64,000 bases of DNA from Patescibacteria group bacterium UBA926 (GTDB taxonomy: Bacteria; Patescibacteriota; Doudnabacteria; UBA920), in the NCBI GenBank assembly GCA_002293685.1, contig DBDS01000006.1, positions 180,909 through 244,908 of the forward strand, written 5' to 3'. Every line of letters begins with the position of its first letter. Positions within the stretch are counted from its first letter, which is position 1. The position numbers and the translations under genes were made by a program. The notes beneath the pieces were generated by a model. That model was not told the origin of the DNA and searched no databases. It saw nothing but the letters and a program-made list of their open reading frames with translations. Below are positions 9,689 to 21,434 of this stretch, in pieces.

Positions 9689-10321
9689 ATGAATCAGAAG
9701 AAGTTAATCACTGTTTTATCTATTGCTATCCTCGCACTCATAGTAGTGGGTTATACTTATTGGAATAATTCCAACAATAACAAGCTAGCAGAGCAGTCAC
9801 TTACGGATATATTTCCGAATAGTAATACAGTGGACAATAACAGCGCTCCTCTAAAATCATTGAACACAAACACTCAACAATCCTCCAACTCAAACCCAGC
9901 CCAAAGAGACGAGACCGCTAGCTGGAAAATTTATACTAGCTCTCAATATGGATACACAATCAAGTATCCAGAAAACTTCTCCATACAAACAGGCAGTAGC
10001 GGTCCCGGAGGTACAATCTTTACATTGGCTATTAACTCTGAACCTGTTAATACAGAAGGCGCGGGTCAGTCAAAATATCTTTGGATCGGGGTTGAGCCAA
10101 AACGCACATTATCACAATGTGAAAACTCAGAAGGCAAAATCACTATTGATGGCTACTCGGTGGAAAAATGCATCGAGCAAGGTTCATTCTTTGGACAAGG
10201 CAAAGGCATGCTAGCTAGTATCAATCACGGTAATTACTCTTATTTTTTTAGCGCAGACTACTACGACAAAAATAGTGCCACTGTAGACAAAATTATCGCT
10301 ACTTTCAGATTCATAAAATAA
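9689..10321 (+). CDS. Membrane-anchored/secreted PsbP-like protein
   Basis: N-terminal TM; WKIYTSSQYGYTIKYP; C-terminal DKIIATFRF. Confidence 0.6.
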   Translation: MNQKKLITVLSIAILALIVVGYTYWNNSNNNKLAEQSLTDIFPNSNTVDNNSAPLKSLNTNTQQSSNSNPAQRDETASWKIYTSSQYGYTIKYPENFSIQTGSSGPGGTIFTLAINSEPVNTEGAGQSKYLWIGVEPKRTLSQCENSEGKITIDGYSVEKCIEQGSFFGQGKGMLASINHGNYSYFFSADYYDKNSATVDKIIATFRFIK

Positions 10322-10337
10322 ATCTAATTCCATACTG

Positions 10338-10363
10338 AAACCCGCTAAAACAAGCGGGTTTTT
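10338..10363 (+). terminator. Intrinsic terminator
   Basis: aaacccgct-aaaaca-agcgggttttt. Confidence 0.7.
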
Positions 10364-10453
10364 CTGTGTAAAAGTAGTGGTTTAGTAAGGAATAATTTGC
10401 TATAATTTAGGTAGTTATTTAGCCACTATTTTGGCTAATTTTTAAGTAAATTC

Positions 10454-12600
<2,147 letters not shown>

Positions 12601-12659
12601 GCTATGAAAAATAAAGATCGGAAGCGATTTATACCGCTTCCGATTATACAACATGAGCA

Positions 12660-13031
12660 TTAGCAAACTGAAATATGCAAAAGATGGTCTATTGGCTCTC
12701 CATCTTCCAAAGCATCCTTGCTGACAGGAGAGGTACTAACAAGTATTCTATCAAGTAGTCTATTACCGAACAAACTGTTCAACTGTAGTACAAAAAAATT
12801 GTTTTGAGCCTGTACCTTCCTTGTCTCAATAATTAGCCCATTTACAAACTTTGCTCGAGCATCCCCTTTCATCTTATCCAAAAAGCGGATCAGTTCTGAA
12901 GAAAAAGTAATTATTTTAACAATACCACCACCGGGCGTGTAGTACAGCCCCTCTTGATACTGCTCTGATAAATCCGTTGCAGTTTCTTCAAAAGTAAACC
13001 CATGTAAACCCTCAAAATTCCTATAATCCAT
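12660..13031 (-). CDS. Hypothetical protein
   Basis: 123-aa ORF with AAGGAGG upstream. Confidence 0.55.
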   Translation of the reverse strand: MDYRNFEGLHGFTFEETATDLSEQYQEGLYYTPGGGIVKIITFSSELIRFLDKMKGDARAKFVNGLIIETRKVQAQNNFFVLQLNSLFGNRLLDRILVSTSPVSKDALEDGEPIDHLLHISVC

Positions 13032-13103
13032 GTTAACAATGAACCTCCTTTAAATTCAAAATCTAACCAAAATTTACTCAAATAATTATACATTGTCAAC
13101 CAA

Positions 13104-13132
13104 TTGACTTATATGTCTAAATAAAGTATTAT
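13104..13132 (+). promoter_or_regulatory. Sigma70-like promoter for secE-nusG-rplK
   Basis: TTGACT-17 nt-TATTAT. Confidence 0.55.
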
Positions 13133-13260
13133 TTATTCAAAGCCCCGAAGCGGGTTTTAAAAAAGCTTCAGATTACTTTAAAATCTGGCTTAATTAAAGG
13201 GAATATGACAAATTAGATCCCGCACTCGCTATGCCCGTTCGGGATGAATGCATACATAAT

Positions 13261-13443
13261 ATGAATAAAGTTATTCAATTTTTTAAAGAAGTTAAAGCAG
13301 AATTATGGAAGGTAGTTTGGCCAAGTCGCCGCGACGCAATCCGTTACACTATCACTATCCTTGTCTTTTCTTTAGTAGTCGCTGCCATTCTTGGTGCCGC
13401 TGACTTTGGATTATTAAAAGGCTTCGAGGCCTTGATTAACTAA
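13261..13443 (+). CDS. secE: Preprotein translocase subunit SecE
   Basis: FFKEVKAELWKVVWPS; one TM; precedes nusG; ATG at 13261 preferred. Confidence 0.92.
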   Translation: MNKVIQFFKEVKAELWKVVWPSRRDAIRYTITILVFSLVVAAILGAADFGLLKGFEALIN

Positions 13444-13444
13444 T

Positions 13445-13990
13445 ATGAGTAAACAGCAAGTAACGGGTGAGCGTCATTGGTACGTTCTTCATACATATAG
13501 TGGTTATGAAGATAGCGTGGCGATCAACCTTAAACAGCGTATCGAAAACTTAAACATGCAGGACAAAATCTTCGACGCGATTGTACCGAAAGAAAAGAAG
13601 ATTAAAATCCGCGATGGAAAACGTTCAACTGTTGAAGAGAAAATCTTCCCAGGTTACGTGCTCGTCAACATGATCGTAACCGACGACTCTTGGTATGTTG
13701 TTCGTAACACACCAAACGTAACAGGTTTCGTAGGAAGCGGAACTATTCCAACTCCTGTGTCAGAAGAAGAATGGTCATTCCTTAACAAGCGCATGGGCGC
13801 TGATGAACCAAAGTTCAAAGTCGACTTCGAAGTTGGCGAACTCGTTCAGATTACCGACGGTCCTTTCAAGGACTATGAAGGTAAGATTGGTGAAATCGAC
13901 CAAGCTAAAGGTAAAGTAAAAGTATTCGTAACTATTTTCGGTCGCGAAACTCCTGTCGAACTAGATTTCTTACAAGTTAAAAAAGTTTAA
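13445..13990 (+). CDS. nusG: Transcription termination/antitermination factor NusG
   Basis: WYVLHTYSGYE, FPGYVLV, GPF, IFGRETPVEL. Confidence 0.97.
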   Translation: MSKQQVTGERHWYVLHTYSGYEDSVAINLKQRIENLNMQDKIFDAIVPKEKKIKIRDGKRSTVEEKIFPGYVLVNMIVTDDSWYVVRNTPNVTGFVGSGTIPTPVSEEEWSFLNKRMGADEPKFKVDFEVGELVQITDGPFKDYEGKIGEIDQAKGKVKVFVTIFGRETPVELDFLQVKKV

Positions 13991-14036
13991 AATTACCAAT
14001 TACGAATTGAGCGAATGTACTAATTCGAAATATCAA

Positions 14037-14105
14037 TGTCATTCTGACCCCGCACTTGATGCGGGGGAAGAATCCCATAGATCCTTCACTGCGTTCAGGG
14101 TGACA
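14037..14105. repeat. Family A palindromic repeat
   Basis: tgtcattctga...gaagaatc..agatccttcactgcgttcagggtgaca. Confidence 0.75.
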
Positions 14106-14178
14106 CAACAATTAATAAGTAGTCGGTTCCGGTTAAGACTTGGAATCTCGCCGCTAATAACGGTTACTACTCAACACA

Positions 14179-14604
14179 ATGGCAAAAAAAGTCAAATCAA
14201 TGGTGAAGCTTCAGCTTCCCGCTGGTAAAGCAACTCCAGCACCTCCTGTAGGTACTGCACTTGGACCGCATGGTATCAACATCGCGGACTTTACCAAAGC
14301 ATTCAACGAGCAAACCGCTCCAATGGGCGACACAATTGTTCCAGTTGAAATGACTATCTATGAAGATCGGTCATTCACATTTATTCTAAAAACTCCTCCG
14401 GCATCTGTACTTGTCCGCAAGGCAGCTGGTCTGGCTAAAGGATCGAGCAATCCTCTTACAACCAAAGTAGGAAAGATTACATCGGCTCAACTCCGTGAAA
14501 TCGCTGAGACCAAGATGCCTGATCTTAACGCTGTAGACATAGAAGCCGCTGAACAGATTATTCGTGGAACAGCGAGAAGCATGGGTATCGAAATTAAGGA
14601 TTAG
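14179..14604 (+). CDS. rplK: 50S ribosomal protein L11
   Basis: [22 protein letters not shown]. Confidence 0.97.
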   Translation: MAKKVKSMVKLQLPAGKATPAPPVGTALGPHGINIADFTKAFNEQTAPMGDTIVPVEMTIYEDRSFTFILKTPPASVLVRKAAGLAKGSSNPLTTKVGKITSAQLREIAETKMPDLNAVDIEAAEQIIRGTARSMGIEIKD

Positions 14605-14609
14605 GTGCT

Positions 14610-14731
14610 ACAACTTCCATATTTGGGCAATTCTTTGTCGTAACGCTTACGTTTGCGCTCACCGTAACTTTTATTACGCTTCGCGCAATCCGCGCGTTAC
14701 TCATCGAACTTGCCTCAAATCTGAAAGTTGT
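14610..14731. repeat. Family B nested inverted-repeat element
   Basis: Imperfect terminal IR; reverse complement contains gcgaagcgta..tacg..gagcg..gacaaag as at 25832-25980. Confidence 0.6.
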
Positions 14732-14759
14732 TTCAGTCAAGTCATTAAGTATCAAAACT

Positions 14760-15101
14760 ATGAATCTAAGTTGGATCAAAAAAGTGTACCTATATTTGGT
14801 ATCACTTATCTCACTAGTCATTCTAGTAATTGCGAGTATAATTCTAATCAACCTAGCTTTGAAAACTTGGGTTTTTCCAAAAGCTGATATGAATTACTAC
14901 ACAGCATACTGTCCGAGTATCGTCGAGAGAGCTCCAGATGGTGAAGAAATTTCTCAACCGCGGGAGTGTACAGACGAACAGTACGCAAAAGACCAACGCT
15001 CTGCCCAAAAACAACGCGACGCGTCTCAAGCTCTAGCCATGATTCTTGTAGCAAGTCCAGTATTCTATTATCACTGGAAGCTCGCTCGCAAAGAAGCTTA
15101 A
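14760..15101 (+). CDS. Small membrane protein (DUF5671-like)
   Basis: KKVYLYLVSLISL...PVFYYHW, two TM segments. Confidence 0.7.
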   Translation: MNLSWIKKVYLYLVSLISLVILVIASIILINLALKTWVFPKADMNYYTAYCPSIVERAPDGEEISQPRECTDEQYAKDQRSAQKQRDASQALAMILVASPVFYYHWKLARKEA

Positions 15102-15109
15102 TCGACGAA

Positions 15110-15195
15110 GTCGTCCCGGCAGCCACAAGACTTGCCTTGCAAATCGCGGGCTAGCCGGTATCTAAATAATAGATCCCTGCTTTCGCAGGGATTAC
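15110..15195. repeat. Family A palindromic repeat
   Basis: tcccggcagccacaag...cgcgggctagccgg shared with 23121-23166, plus agatccctgctttcgcagggattac. Confidence 0.7.
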
Positions 15196-15207
15196 TACCA
15201 TTAATAA

Positions 15208-15242
15208 GTGGGACCCTGAGCTCAGCCGAAGGGGCAGACCAC
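15208..15242 (+). promoter_or_regulatory. Putative L1 autoregulatory leader
   Basis: GTGGGA-ccct..aggg-GCAGACCAC immediately before the rplA RBS, resembling L1-binding leaders. Confidence 0.55.
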
Positions 15243-15253
15243 TAAAGGAATTT

Positions 15254-15934
15254 ATGAAAGTATCAAAACGTATTAAGAGTAACCTCGAAGCAATCGAGAA
15301 AGACCGCGTCTACACCGCAGAAGAAGCAATTGATTTAGTAAAGAAGACAGCTACCACCAAGTTTACAGGTTCTGTAGAAGTTCATCTTAAAACTGCAATC
15401 GATGCTAAAAAAACTGATCAAGCGATTCGTGGCGCAGTAACCCTGCCTCACGGTACAGGTAAGACTAAGAAAATTGCGGCATTCGTAACTGAAGGTAAAG
15501 AAGCTGAAGCAAAAGCAGCTGGTGCTGAAATCGTTGGTGGTGAAGAATTGATTAAGAAAATCAAAGAAACCGAAAAAACTGATTTCGATGTAGCGGTTGC
15601 CGAACCAGCAATGATGCCGAAGTTAGCGACTATCGCTAAAATTCTTGGAACTCGTGGCATAATGCCAAATCCAAAAACTGGTACAGTGTCCGAAAATATC
15701 ACTACAGCAATTGCAGAAATTGCTGGTGGTAAAGTAAACTTCAAAAACGATAACTCTGGAAACGTTCATCAAGTCATTGGTAAGACCGATTTTGATAACA
15801 CCAAAATTTTGGAAAACTTAAAGAAGTTTATGGAAGCGCTTCATGCGTCAAAGCCAAGTGCGGTGAAAAAGAATTTCATCACAACAGCGACCATGAATGC
15901 AACAATGGGACCAGGAATTCGATTCAAGATTTAA
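15254..15934 (+). CDS. rplA: 50S ribosomal protein L1
   Basis: LPHGTGK, LGTRGIMPNPKTGTV, TMGPG. Confidence 0.97.
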   Translation: MKVSKRIKSNLEAIEKDRVYTAEEAIDLVKKTATTKFTGSVEVHLKTAIDAKKTDQAIRGAVTLPHGTGKTKKIAAFVTEGKEAEAKAAGAEIVGGEELIKKIKETEKTDFDVAVAEPAMMPKLATIAKILGTRGIMPNPKTGTVSENITTAIAEIAGGKVNFKNDNSGNVHQVIGKTDFDNTKILENLKKFMEALHASKPSAVKKNFITTATMNATMGPGIRFKI

Positions 15935-15935
15935 G

Positions 15936-15964
15936 AAAAAGCAGCTCCAAATGGAGCTGTTTTT
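15936..15964 (+). terminator. Intrinsic terminator after rplA
   Basis: gcagctcca-aa-tggagctgttttt. Confidence 0.75.
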
Positions 15965-16025
15965 AATTTGCCACAACCCAAAATTGTTAGGTATACTGAG
16001 TCAAAACTGATAAGGAGGAAATGAG

Positions 16026-16694
16026 ATGTCGAACTCTATAGCCATTGAATTTTCAATGTCCTTGTTATCAAACAAGGACCGATCTAATTGTATAGAAAAG
16101 ATACGGGACCCAAGCGAGAAGACAGATTTCGAACTCGCTAAACTCACAGGAAAAGGAGATATGTTGGCATTTGAAGTCCTCTACCTCCGCCATCATGGTC
16201 GGGTTTACAGTATTTGCTTGAAAATGCTTCACAATGTTCACGAGGCAGAGGATCTAACTCAAGAAGTGTTTATCCAAGTAAAGAGAAAAGCCTCTACATT
16301 CAGAGGTGATGCTCAATTCACTACTTGGCTTCATCGCCTAACTGTCAATCAAGTTTTGATGTACTTCCGGAAAGGTCAAGTTAAGTTCGAAAAACTTACC
16401 TCCCAAGGTCAACTACCTGTCGACAATTCACCGGAAGCCATTCATGCTCGTAAGAACTTCATCGATGAGAGAATGGCTTTAGTAGCGGCTGTGGGAAAAT
16501 TACCCGATGGTTATCGAAATGTGTTCATACTTCATGACATCGAAGGATTCGAGCATAATGAAGTGGCAAGGATTTTAGGCTGCTCTGAAGGTACTTCAAA
16601 GTCACAGCTCTTCAAAGCACGGCTATCCTTAAGAAAGCTACTTCGAAGGAAAGCGAATCCGAGAGTTTACAAGATTTGTCACAGCGCGCCGTAG
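16026..16694 (+). CDS. ECF sigma-70 factor (RpoE-like)
   Basis: [46 protein letters not shown]. Confidence 0.9.
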   Translation: MSNSIAIEFSMSLLSNKDRSNCIEKIRDPSEKTDFELAKLTGKGDMLAFEVLYLRHHGRVYSICLKMLHNVHEAEDLTQEVFIQVKRKASTFRGDAQFTTWLHRLTVNQVLMYFRKGQVKFEKLTSQGQLPVDNSPEAIHARKNFIDERMALVAAVGKLPDGYRNVFILHDIEGFEHNEVARILGCSEGTSKSQLFKARLSLRKLLRRKANPRVYKICHSAP

Positions 16695-16748
16695 ATTACT
16701 CTTCGGCGCCTCTCTCACCAATAGATGGTCATTGTAGTAACGAATCTG

Positions 16749-16773
16749 CCGCCAATAAACTGGCGGTTTTTTT
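16749..16773 (+). terminator. Intrinsic terminator
   Basis: ccgcca-ataaac-tggcgg-ttttttt. Confidence 0.65.
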
Positions 16774-16896
16774 AGTAAATTTTCCCTCATTTTTCGATTA
16801 ATTGATAATGCTATCCTGTCACTATTCCCATATCTGACAGGGTTTACCAAGCCAGTCACATATAGTAATATGAAAAAAGATTAACAAATATATTCT

Positions 16897-17487
16897 ATGA
16901 TATTATCCGATTCAGACATCCAAAAAGCCCTTAAAACAGGGTCGATCACAGTTGAGCCATTATTCCCTGGAGCAATTCAACCAGCCAGCGTAGACCTTCA
17001 CTTAGGAGCAGATTTTCTAGTTTTCGACGCCTCACATTATGCTTATATCGACCCGGCCCAACCAATCGATGACATGATGAAACCTGTTAGTATCAATGAC
17101 GAAAAACAGTTTATTTTACACCCAGGCGAGTTCGCTTTGGGTTTAACTTACGAGGTTGTCGGTGTTTCAGATTCGATGGTTGGTCGGTTGGAAGGGAAGT
17201 CTTCTTTGGGGCGTATCGGACTTATCATTCATGCCACTGCTGGATATTTAGATCCAGGTAATAAATTAAAAATGACATTAGAGCTTCACAACATTTCCGG
17301 CTTGCCTATTAAACTCTATTACAAAATGCCGATTGCGCAACTTTCATTTTCACCGCTCTCAAGCAAAGCAGATGTTCCTTACGGCGCTAACAAAATCGGA
17401 AGTAAGTACTACGGTGCAACCAAACCACAAGCTTCTCAGTATTTCAAAAACTTTCAGAATAATAACGCTTGGATGAAATTTGAATAA
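16897..17487 (+). CDS. dcd: dCTP deaminase
   Basis: IQPASVDLHLG, EGKSSLGRIG, TAGYLDPG, TLEL. Confidence 0.93.
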   Translation: MILSDSDIQKALKTGSITVEPLFPGAIQPASVDLHLGADFLVFDASHYAYIDPAQPIDDMMKPVSINDEKQFILHPGEFALGLTYEVVGVSDSMVGRLEGKSSLGRIGLIIHATAGYLDPGNKLKMTLELHNISGLPIKLYYKMPIAQLSFSPLSSKADVPYGANKIGSKYYGATKPQASQYFKNFQNNNAWMKFE

Positions 17488-17531
17488 AACCAAACCAACA
17501 GAACCATCAGTTAATCAGAAATAATAGAAAT

Positions 17532-18245
17532 ATGGCAATTTGGAATCGAACTAAGCCAGAACCAGTAATTCAACCAGGAAAGTTTATCGTCATTGAAGGA
17601 ACCGACGGCACTGGCAAAACCACTCAAGTCAAGCTCTTAGGAGAAACTCTTTCAAATTATAATTATGATGGAGTGATTTTTGACTTTCCACAATACACAA
17701 ATGTGTCGAGCGCACTTTTGGATAACTATTTGAAAGGGGCTTATGGTAAACTTGATCCGGAAGCGGCTTCAATTCTATATGCTGTAGACAGATTCGACGC
17801 AAGTTTTTCAGTGCGCGAGCATCTATCCGAAGGTAGGGTAGTGCTTGCTAATCGATATGTAAGCTCGAATGCTGGACACCAAGGTGCAAAAATTTTCGAC
17901 GCTCAAGATAGAATCAAATTTTTCAAATGGTTGGATCATTTGGAATACACTACATTTAATATTCCGCGTCCAGATTTAACAATAATTTTGCACTTACCAG
18001 TAGAGATGTCGATTGAGCTTATTAAGAAAGGTCATGAAGCTAAGGGTACTCGTCCCGATTTACACGACCAAGACATTGAACATCTTGAACGCGCTGAGCA
18101 AGTCTATTTAGAAATCGCAGAACTGTTTCCTAACACGAAGTTAGTAGAGTGTTCCGAAGACGGCCGCTTACTTTCCCCGCAAGAGATTCATTCCAAAGTT
18201 TGGGAATTAGTCCGTAGAATCGTTCTTAAAAATAATACTTTTTAA
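17532..18245 (+). CDS. tmk: Thymidylate kinase
   Basis: IEGTDGTGKTTQ, FPQY, NRYVSSN, PDLTIIL. Confidence 0.92.
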   Translation: MAIWNRTKPEPVIQPGKFIVIEGTDGTGKTTQVKLLGETLSNYNYDGVIFDFPQYTNVSSALLDNYLKGAYGKLDPEAASILYAVDRFDASFSVREHLSEGRVVLANRYVSSNAGHQGAKIFDAQDRIKFFKWLDHLEYTTFNIPRPDLTIILHLPVEMSIELIKKGHEAKGTRPDLHDQDIEHLERAEQVYLEIAELFPNTKLVECSEDGRLLSPQEIHSKVWELVRRIVLKNNTF

Positions 18246-18276
18246 AAACCAGTCGAAATAAAGAAAGGAAATAAAA

Positions 18277-19140
18277 ATGAAACAATACCAAGACGCTCTA
18301 AAGCAGATTCAAGCAGAAGGCATAAGCCATGATGACAGAACTAAAGTTGGGACAACTTCACTGTTTGGAGAAGTCCAAATGACTTTTGATATCAGTGAAA
18401 AATTTCCAATCTTAACTACAAAGAAAGTTCCGCTCAGATGGATTTTCGAAGAGCTGATGTGGTTCCTAAGAGGGGATACGGACAATCAATCCTTAGAGGC
18501 GACTGGTGTAACAATCTGGAAAGAATGGGCGACCGAAGAACAAACAGCCCGTTTTGGGCGATCTAAGGGCGACCTAGGTCCAATCTACGGATACACTTGG
18601 CGAAACTTTGGCGGAAAATATCCAGAAAAAAATGGGTTCGACCAAATCGCTCGCTTAATGAAAGACCTAAAAGAAAATCCTAACTCTCGAAGACACATAG
18701 TTTCAGGTTGGGATCCTGCCGAAGCAGATAATGTCGCACTACCACCATGTCATACTTTGTTTCAATTCAAAGTTGATGCAATCGGTGGAGAACAACACTT
18801 ATCTTGTAAACTCTACCAGCGTAGTGCCGACTTTTTCCTCGGCGTTCCTTTTAACATTTCTTCATATTCGCTACTAACTTACATGGTTGCTCACGTAATG
18901 GGAATGAAGCCTCGAAAGTTCGTTCACACTTTTGGCGACGCGCACATCTACAGCAATCACGAAGACGCAGTAAAGGAACTACTTTCCCGTGAGCCCAAAG
19001 AACTTCCAACTTTGAAATTCATCAACGCCGATCACTTAATCGGAAAAGGTGTTGAAGGACTTCTTGGTTTCAAATGGGAAAATATCGAATTGACCGGCTA
19101 TGAACCCTACGGTAAAATTGAAGCTCCAGTAGCAGTTTAG
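18277..19140 (+). CDS. thyA: Thymidylate synthase
   Basis: LGPIYG, ALPPCH, YQRSADFFLGVPFN, DAHIYSNH. Confidence 0.96.
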   Translation: MKQYQDALKQIQAEGISHDDRTKVGTTSLFGEVQMTFDISEKFPILTTKKVPLRWIFEELMWFLRGDTDNQSLEATGVTIWKEWATEEQTARFGRSKGDLGPIYGYTWRNFGGKYPEKNGFDQIARLMKDLKENPNSRRHIVSGWDPAEADNVALPPCHTLFQFKVDAIGGEQHLSCKLYQRSADFFLGVPFNISSYSLLTYMVAHVMGMKPRKFVHTFGDAHIYSNHEDAVKELLSREPKELPTLKFINADHLIGKGVEGLLGFKWENIELTGYEPYGKIEAPVAV

Positions 19141-19149
19141 GAGGTCAAA

Positions 19150-19668
19150 ATGATTACAATCATCGCCGCCATTTCGCGGAATAACGTCATTGGGGTAGAT
19201 GAAAAAATTCCCTGGGAAATTCCCGCCGACCTACAACACTTCAAAGACTTAACTAAGGGTAATGTTTGCGTCATGGGTCGGGCTACTTGGGAATCTATTC
19301 CGGAACAGTTTCGGCCACTCTCAAACAGGCTCAATATTGTCCTCACTTCAAACCCTAACTACTCTCTGCCTGAAGGTGCCCTGAAAGCCAAAGATGAAAT
19401 CACTGCTATTCATTTAGCCGAGAAGACGTCATTTGCGGGGAGAGATATTTACTTCATTGGAGGGGAGAGCGTTTACAAAAACGCAATTAAGTTAGCCGAT
19501 GTTCTGGAAATCACCCACGTCGATATTGATGTTGACGAATCGCAGCATGAAATTGTCCGACGATTCCCAGAGATCGACCTGTCGATTTGGAAACCAAGTA
19601 CAGCTCAATGGCAAGAGCAAAACGGTTTCCGATTCAAAATGATCACCTACACACGCCTCGTCCGGTAA
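19150..19668 (+). CDS. folA: Dihydrofolate reductase
   Basis: IPWEIPADLQHFK, MGRATWESI, RPLSNRLNIV, IGG. Confidence 0.94.
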   Translation: MITIIAAISRNNVIGVDEKIPWEIPADLQHFKDLTKGNVCVMGRATWESIPEQFRPLSNRLNIVLTSNPNYSLPEGALKAKDEITAIHLAEKTSFAGRDIYFIGGESVYKNAIKLADVLEITHVDIDVDESQHEIVRRFPEIDLSIWKPSTAQWQEQNGFRFKMITYTRLVR

Positions 19669-19703
19669 TGACGAGGCTCTTTTTTTTAGGTATAATCTAG
19701 CTT

Positions 19704-20795
19704 ATGAAAGAACTCATTAATCGTCTCAACAAACTCTCCGAAGAGTCCAAAAGTCTAACAGGCAAATTAAATCTTGAGCAAAAGCAGCAAAAAATTCTTG
19801 AACTTGAAGATGCGATGCAGGTCAAAGATTTTTGGAACGATGCAGAACAAGCTCAGAGTATTTCCCAACAACACAGCGACCTCAGCACATTCGTCGATTT
19901 TTGGAAGAACCTCGAAACTAAAATCACCGAACTGACCGAGCTGATAAATTCTAATACTGACCATTCCGAAGAAACAAAAGCGTATCTAGAGCAACAAGTT
20001 AGAGAGTTAGAAACCGCTTATCAGCAAAATAGACTCCTAGTGATGATGTCCGGCAAATACGACAGTCATAATGCAATCTTTTCCATTCACGCTGGTGCAG
20101 GCGGAACCGATGCTCAAGACTGGGCGGAGATGTTACTCAGGCAATACTTAAGATTCTGTGAGCGCAAGAATTTAAAGACCGAAATTATCGACCAAAGCCG
20201 CGGCAGTGAAGCGGGGATTAAGTCTGTGACAGTTCATGTGACTGGTGAATTTGCTTATGGATTACTTAAAAGCGAGGCCGGCGTGCATCGCTTGGTTCGC
20301 CAATCTCCATTTAATCCTGCACACACCCGCGAAACCTCATTTGCTTTACTAGAACTTGTTCCAGAGTTACATGAAAAGGAAGCAATCACGCTCGATCCAA
20401 AAGATATCGAAATTGAGGCTAATACTTCATCTGGTGCTGGTGGGCAAAGTGTAAACACAACATATAGTGCTATCAGGATTACTCATAAACCGACTGGTAT
20501 ACGAGTCAGTATTCAAAACGAGCGCAGTCAACATCAAAACAAAGAATTGGCTATGAAGATTTTGCTTGGTAAGTTGCAAGCGCTTGAAAATGAAAAACTC
20601 GCTGAAGAAAAAAAAGAACTCCGCGGGGAGTTCAAGTCAGCAGAGTGGGGGAATCAGATTCGCTCTTATGTTTTGCACCCATACAAAATGGTGAAGGACC
20701 ATCGAACAGAGTATGAAGAAACTGATCCGGATAGTGTTTTGGATGGCAACCTAGATGCGTTTGTAGAAAAATATTTAGAGAGTCAGATAAAATAA
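19704..20795 (+). CDS. prfB: Peptide chain release factor 2 (no programmed frameshift)
   Basis: SPF motif, GGQ, WGNQIRSYV; continuous frame. Confidence 0.94.
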   Translation: MKELINRLNKLSEESKSLTGKLNLEQKQQKILELEDAMQVKDFWNDAEQAQSISQQHSDLSTFVDFWKNLETKITELTELINSNTDHSEETKAYLEQQVRELETAYQQNRLLVMMSGKYDSHNAIFSIHAGAGGTDAQDWAEMLLRQYLRFCERKNLKTEIIDQSRGSEAGIKSVTVHVTGEFAYGLLKSEAGVHRLVRQSPFNPAHTRETSFALLELVPELHEKEAITLDPKDIEIEANTSSGAGGQSVNTTYSAIRITHKPTGIRVSIQNERSQHQNKELAMKILLGKLQALENEKLAEEKKELRGEFKSAEWGNQIRSYVLHPYKMVKDHRTEYEETDPDSVLDGNLDAFVEKYLESQIK

Positions 20796-20833
20796 ATCCG
20801 CACTCCAATTTAATTGAAGTGCGGGGCGATCAC

Positions 20834-21289
20834 CTAGCGGTGACTGTGGCCACGTTGGTTCTCAAGAAACACGAGCAGCTCCGGGTCAATAACCCTTTTA
20901 TCTGGCCGGCCGAAAATTTCGAACCACAGCCTTTGGGTCTCAGGTTTCAAAAGATCCTCCAAGTAAAGTAAATCGTCATGCTCCCCAAAATCATGTTGAA
21001 ACTCGATTCGCCGTGAGAACGGAACAAGTACCTTCTCCGCAAATGTTGTGTATGCGAACACGGTTCCGATTTCCGGAATCCACGACTCGTTCAGAACACA
21101 CACCACATGAGACAACACGAGCGTTGATTCACCTTGATTGGTGAAGAACTCATATGCCTTCTGTGGGGAACTGAAGCTTCGAACGTTTTGAAAGCCAAAG
21201 TGGTTTCGTAATCTCTCCTCCAGAATTTCTTCTCCTGGATAGTCGATGCCACTTCCCACAAAGGCGCAAACACGCGTACCTTTAATCAT
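20834..21289 (-). CDS. Hypothetical protein
   Basis: ORF restarted at ATG 21289 after GAGGAGG; the longer track ORF overlaps the ftsE start. Confidence 0.55.
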   Translation of the reverse strand: MIKGTRVCAFVGSGIDYPGEEILEERLRNHFGFQNVRSFSSPQKAYEFFTNQGESTLVLSHVVCVLNESWIPEIGTVFAYTTFAEKVLVPFSRRIEFQHDFGEHDDLLYLEDLLKPETQRLWFEIFGRPDKRVIDPELLVFLENQRGHSHR

Positions 21290-21434
21290 TTTGTTAGTTC
21301 CTCCTCTAACTTTGTAACCGGGAGCCGCCGGCGCGGTTGCAGATTCATCTGCTTTTTGATTTTCTGTATTATACAACATTTTTAAGAACTTGGCAACCCC
21401 TAAAATCATAAGATATGTGGTATAATTATTTAGC

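Noticed and set aside
13140-13260. tRNA-Trp expected upstream of secE
   Set aside because: Only short hairpins; no cloverleaf or T loop
14007-14228. 73-aa ORF
   Set aside because: Translation of a family A repeat, overlapping rplK
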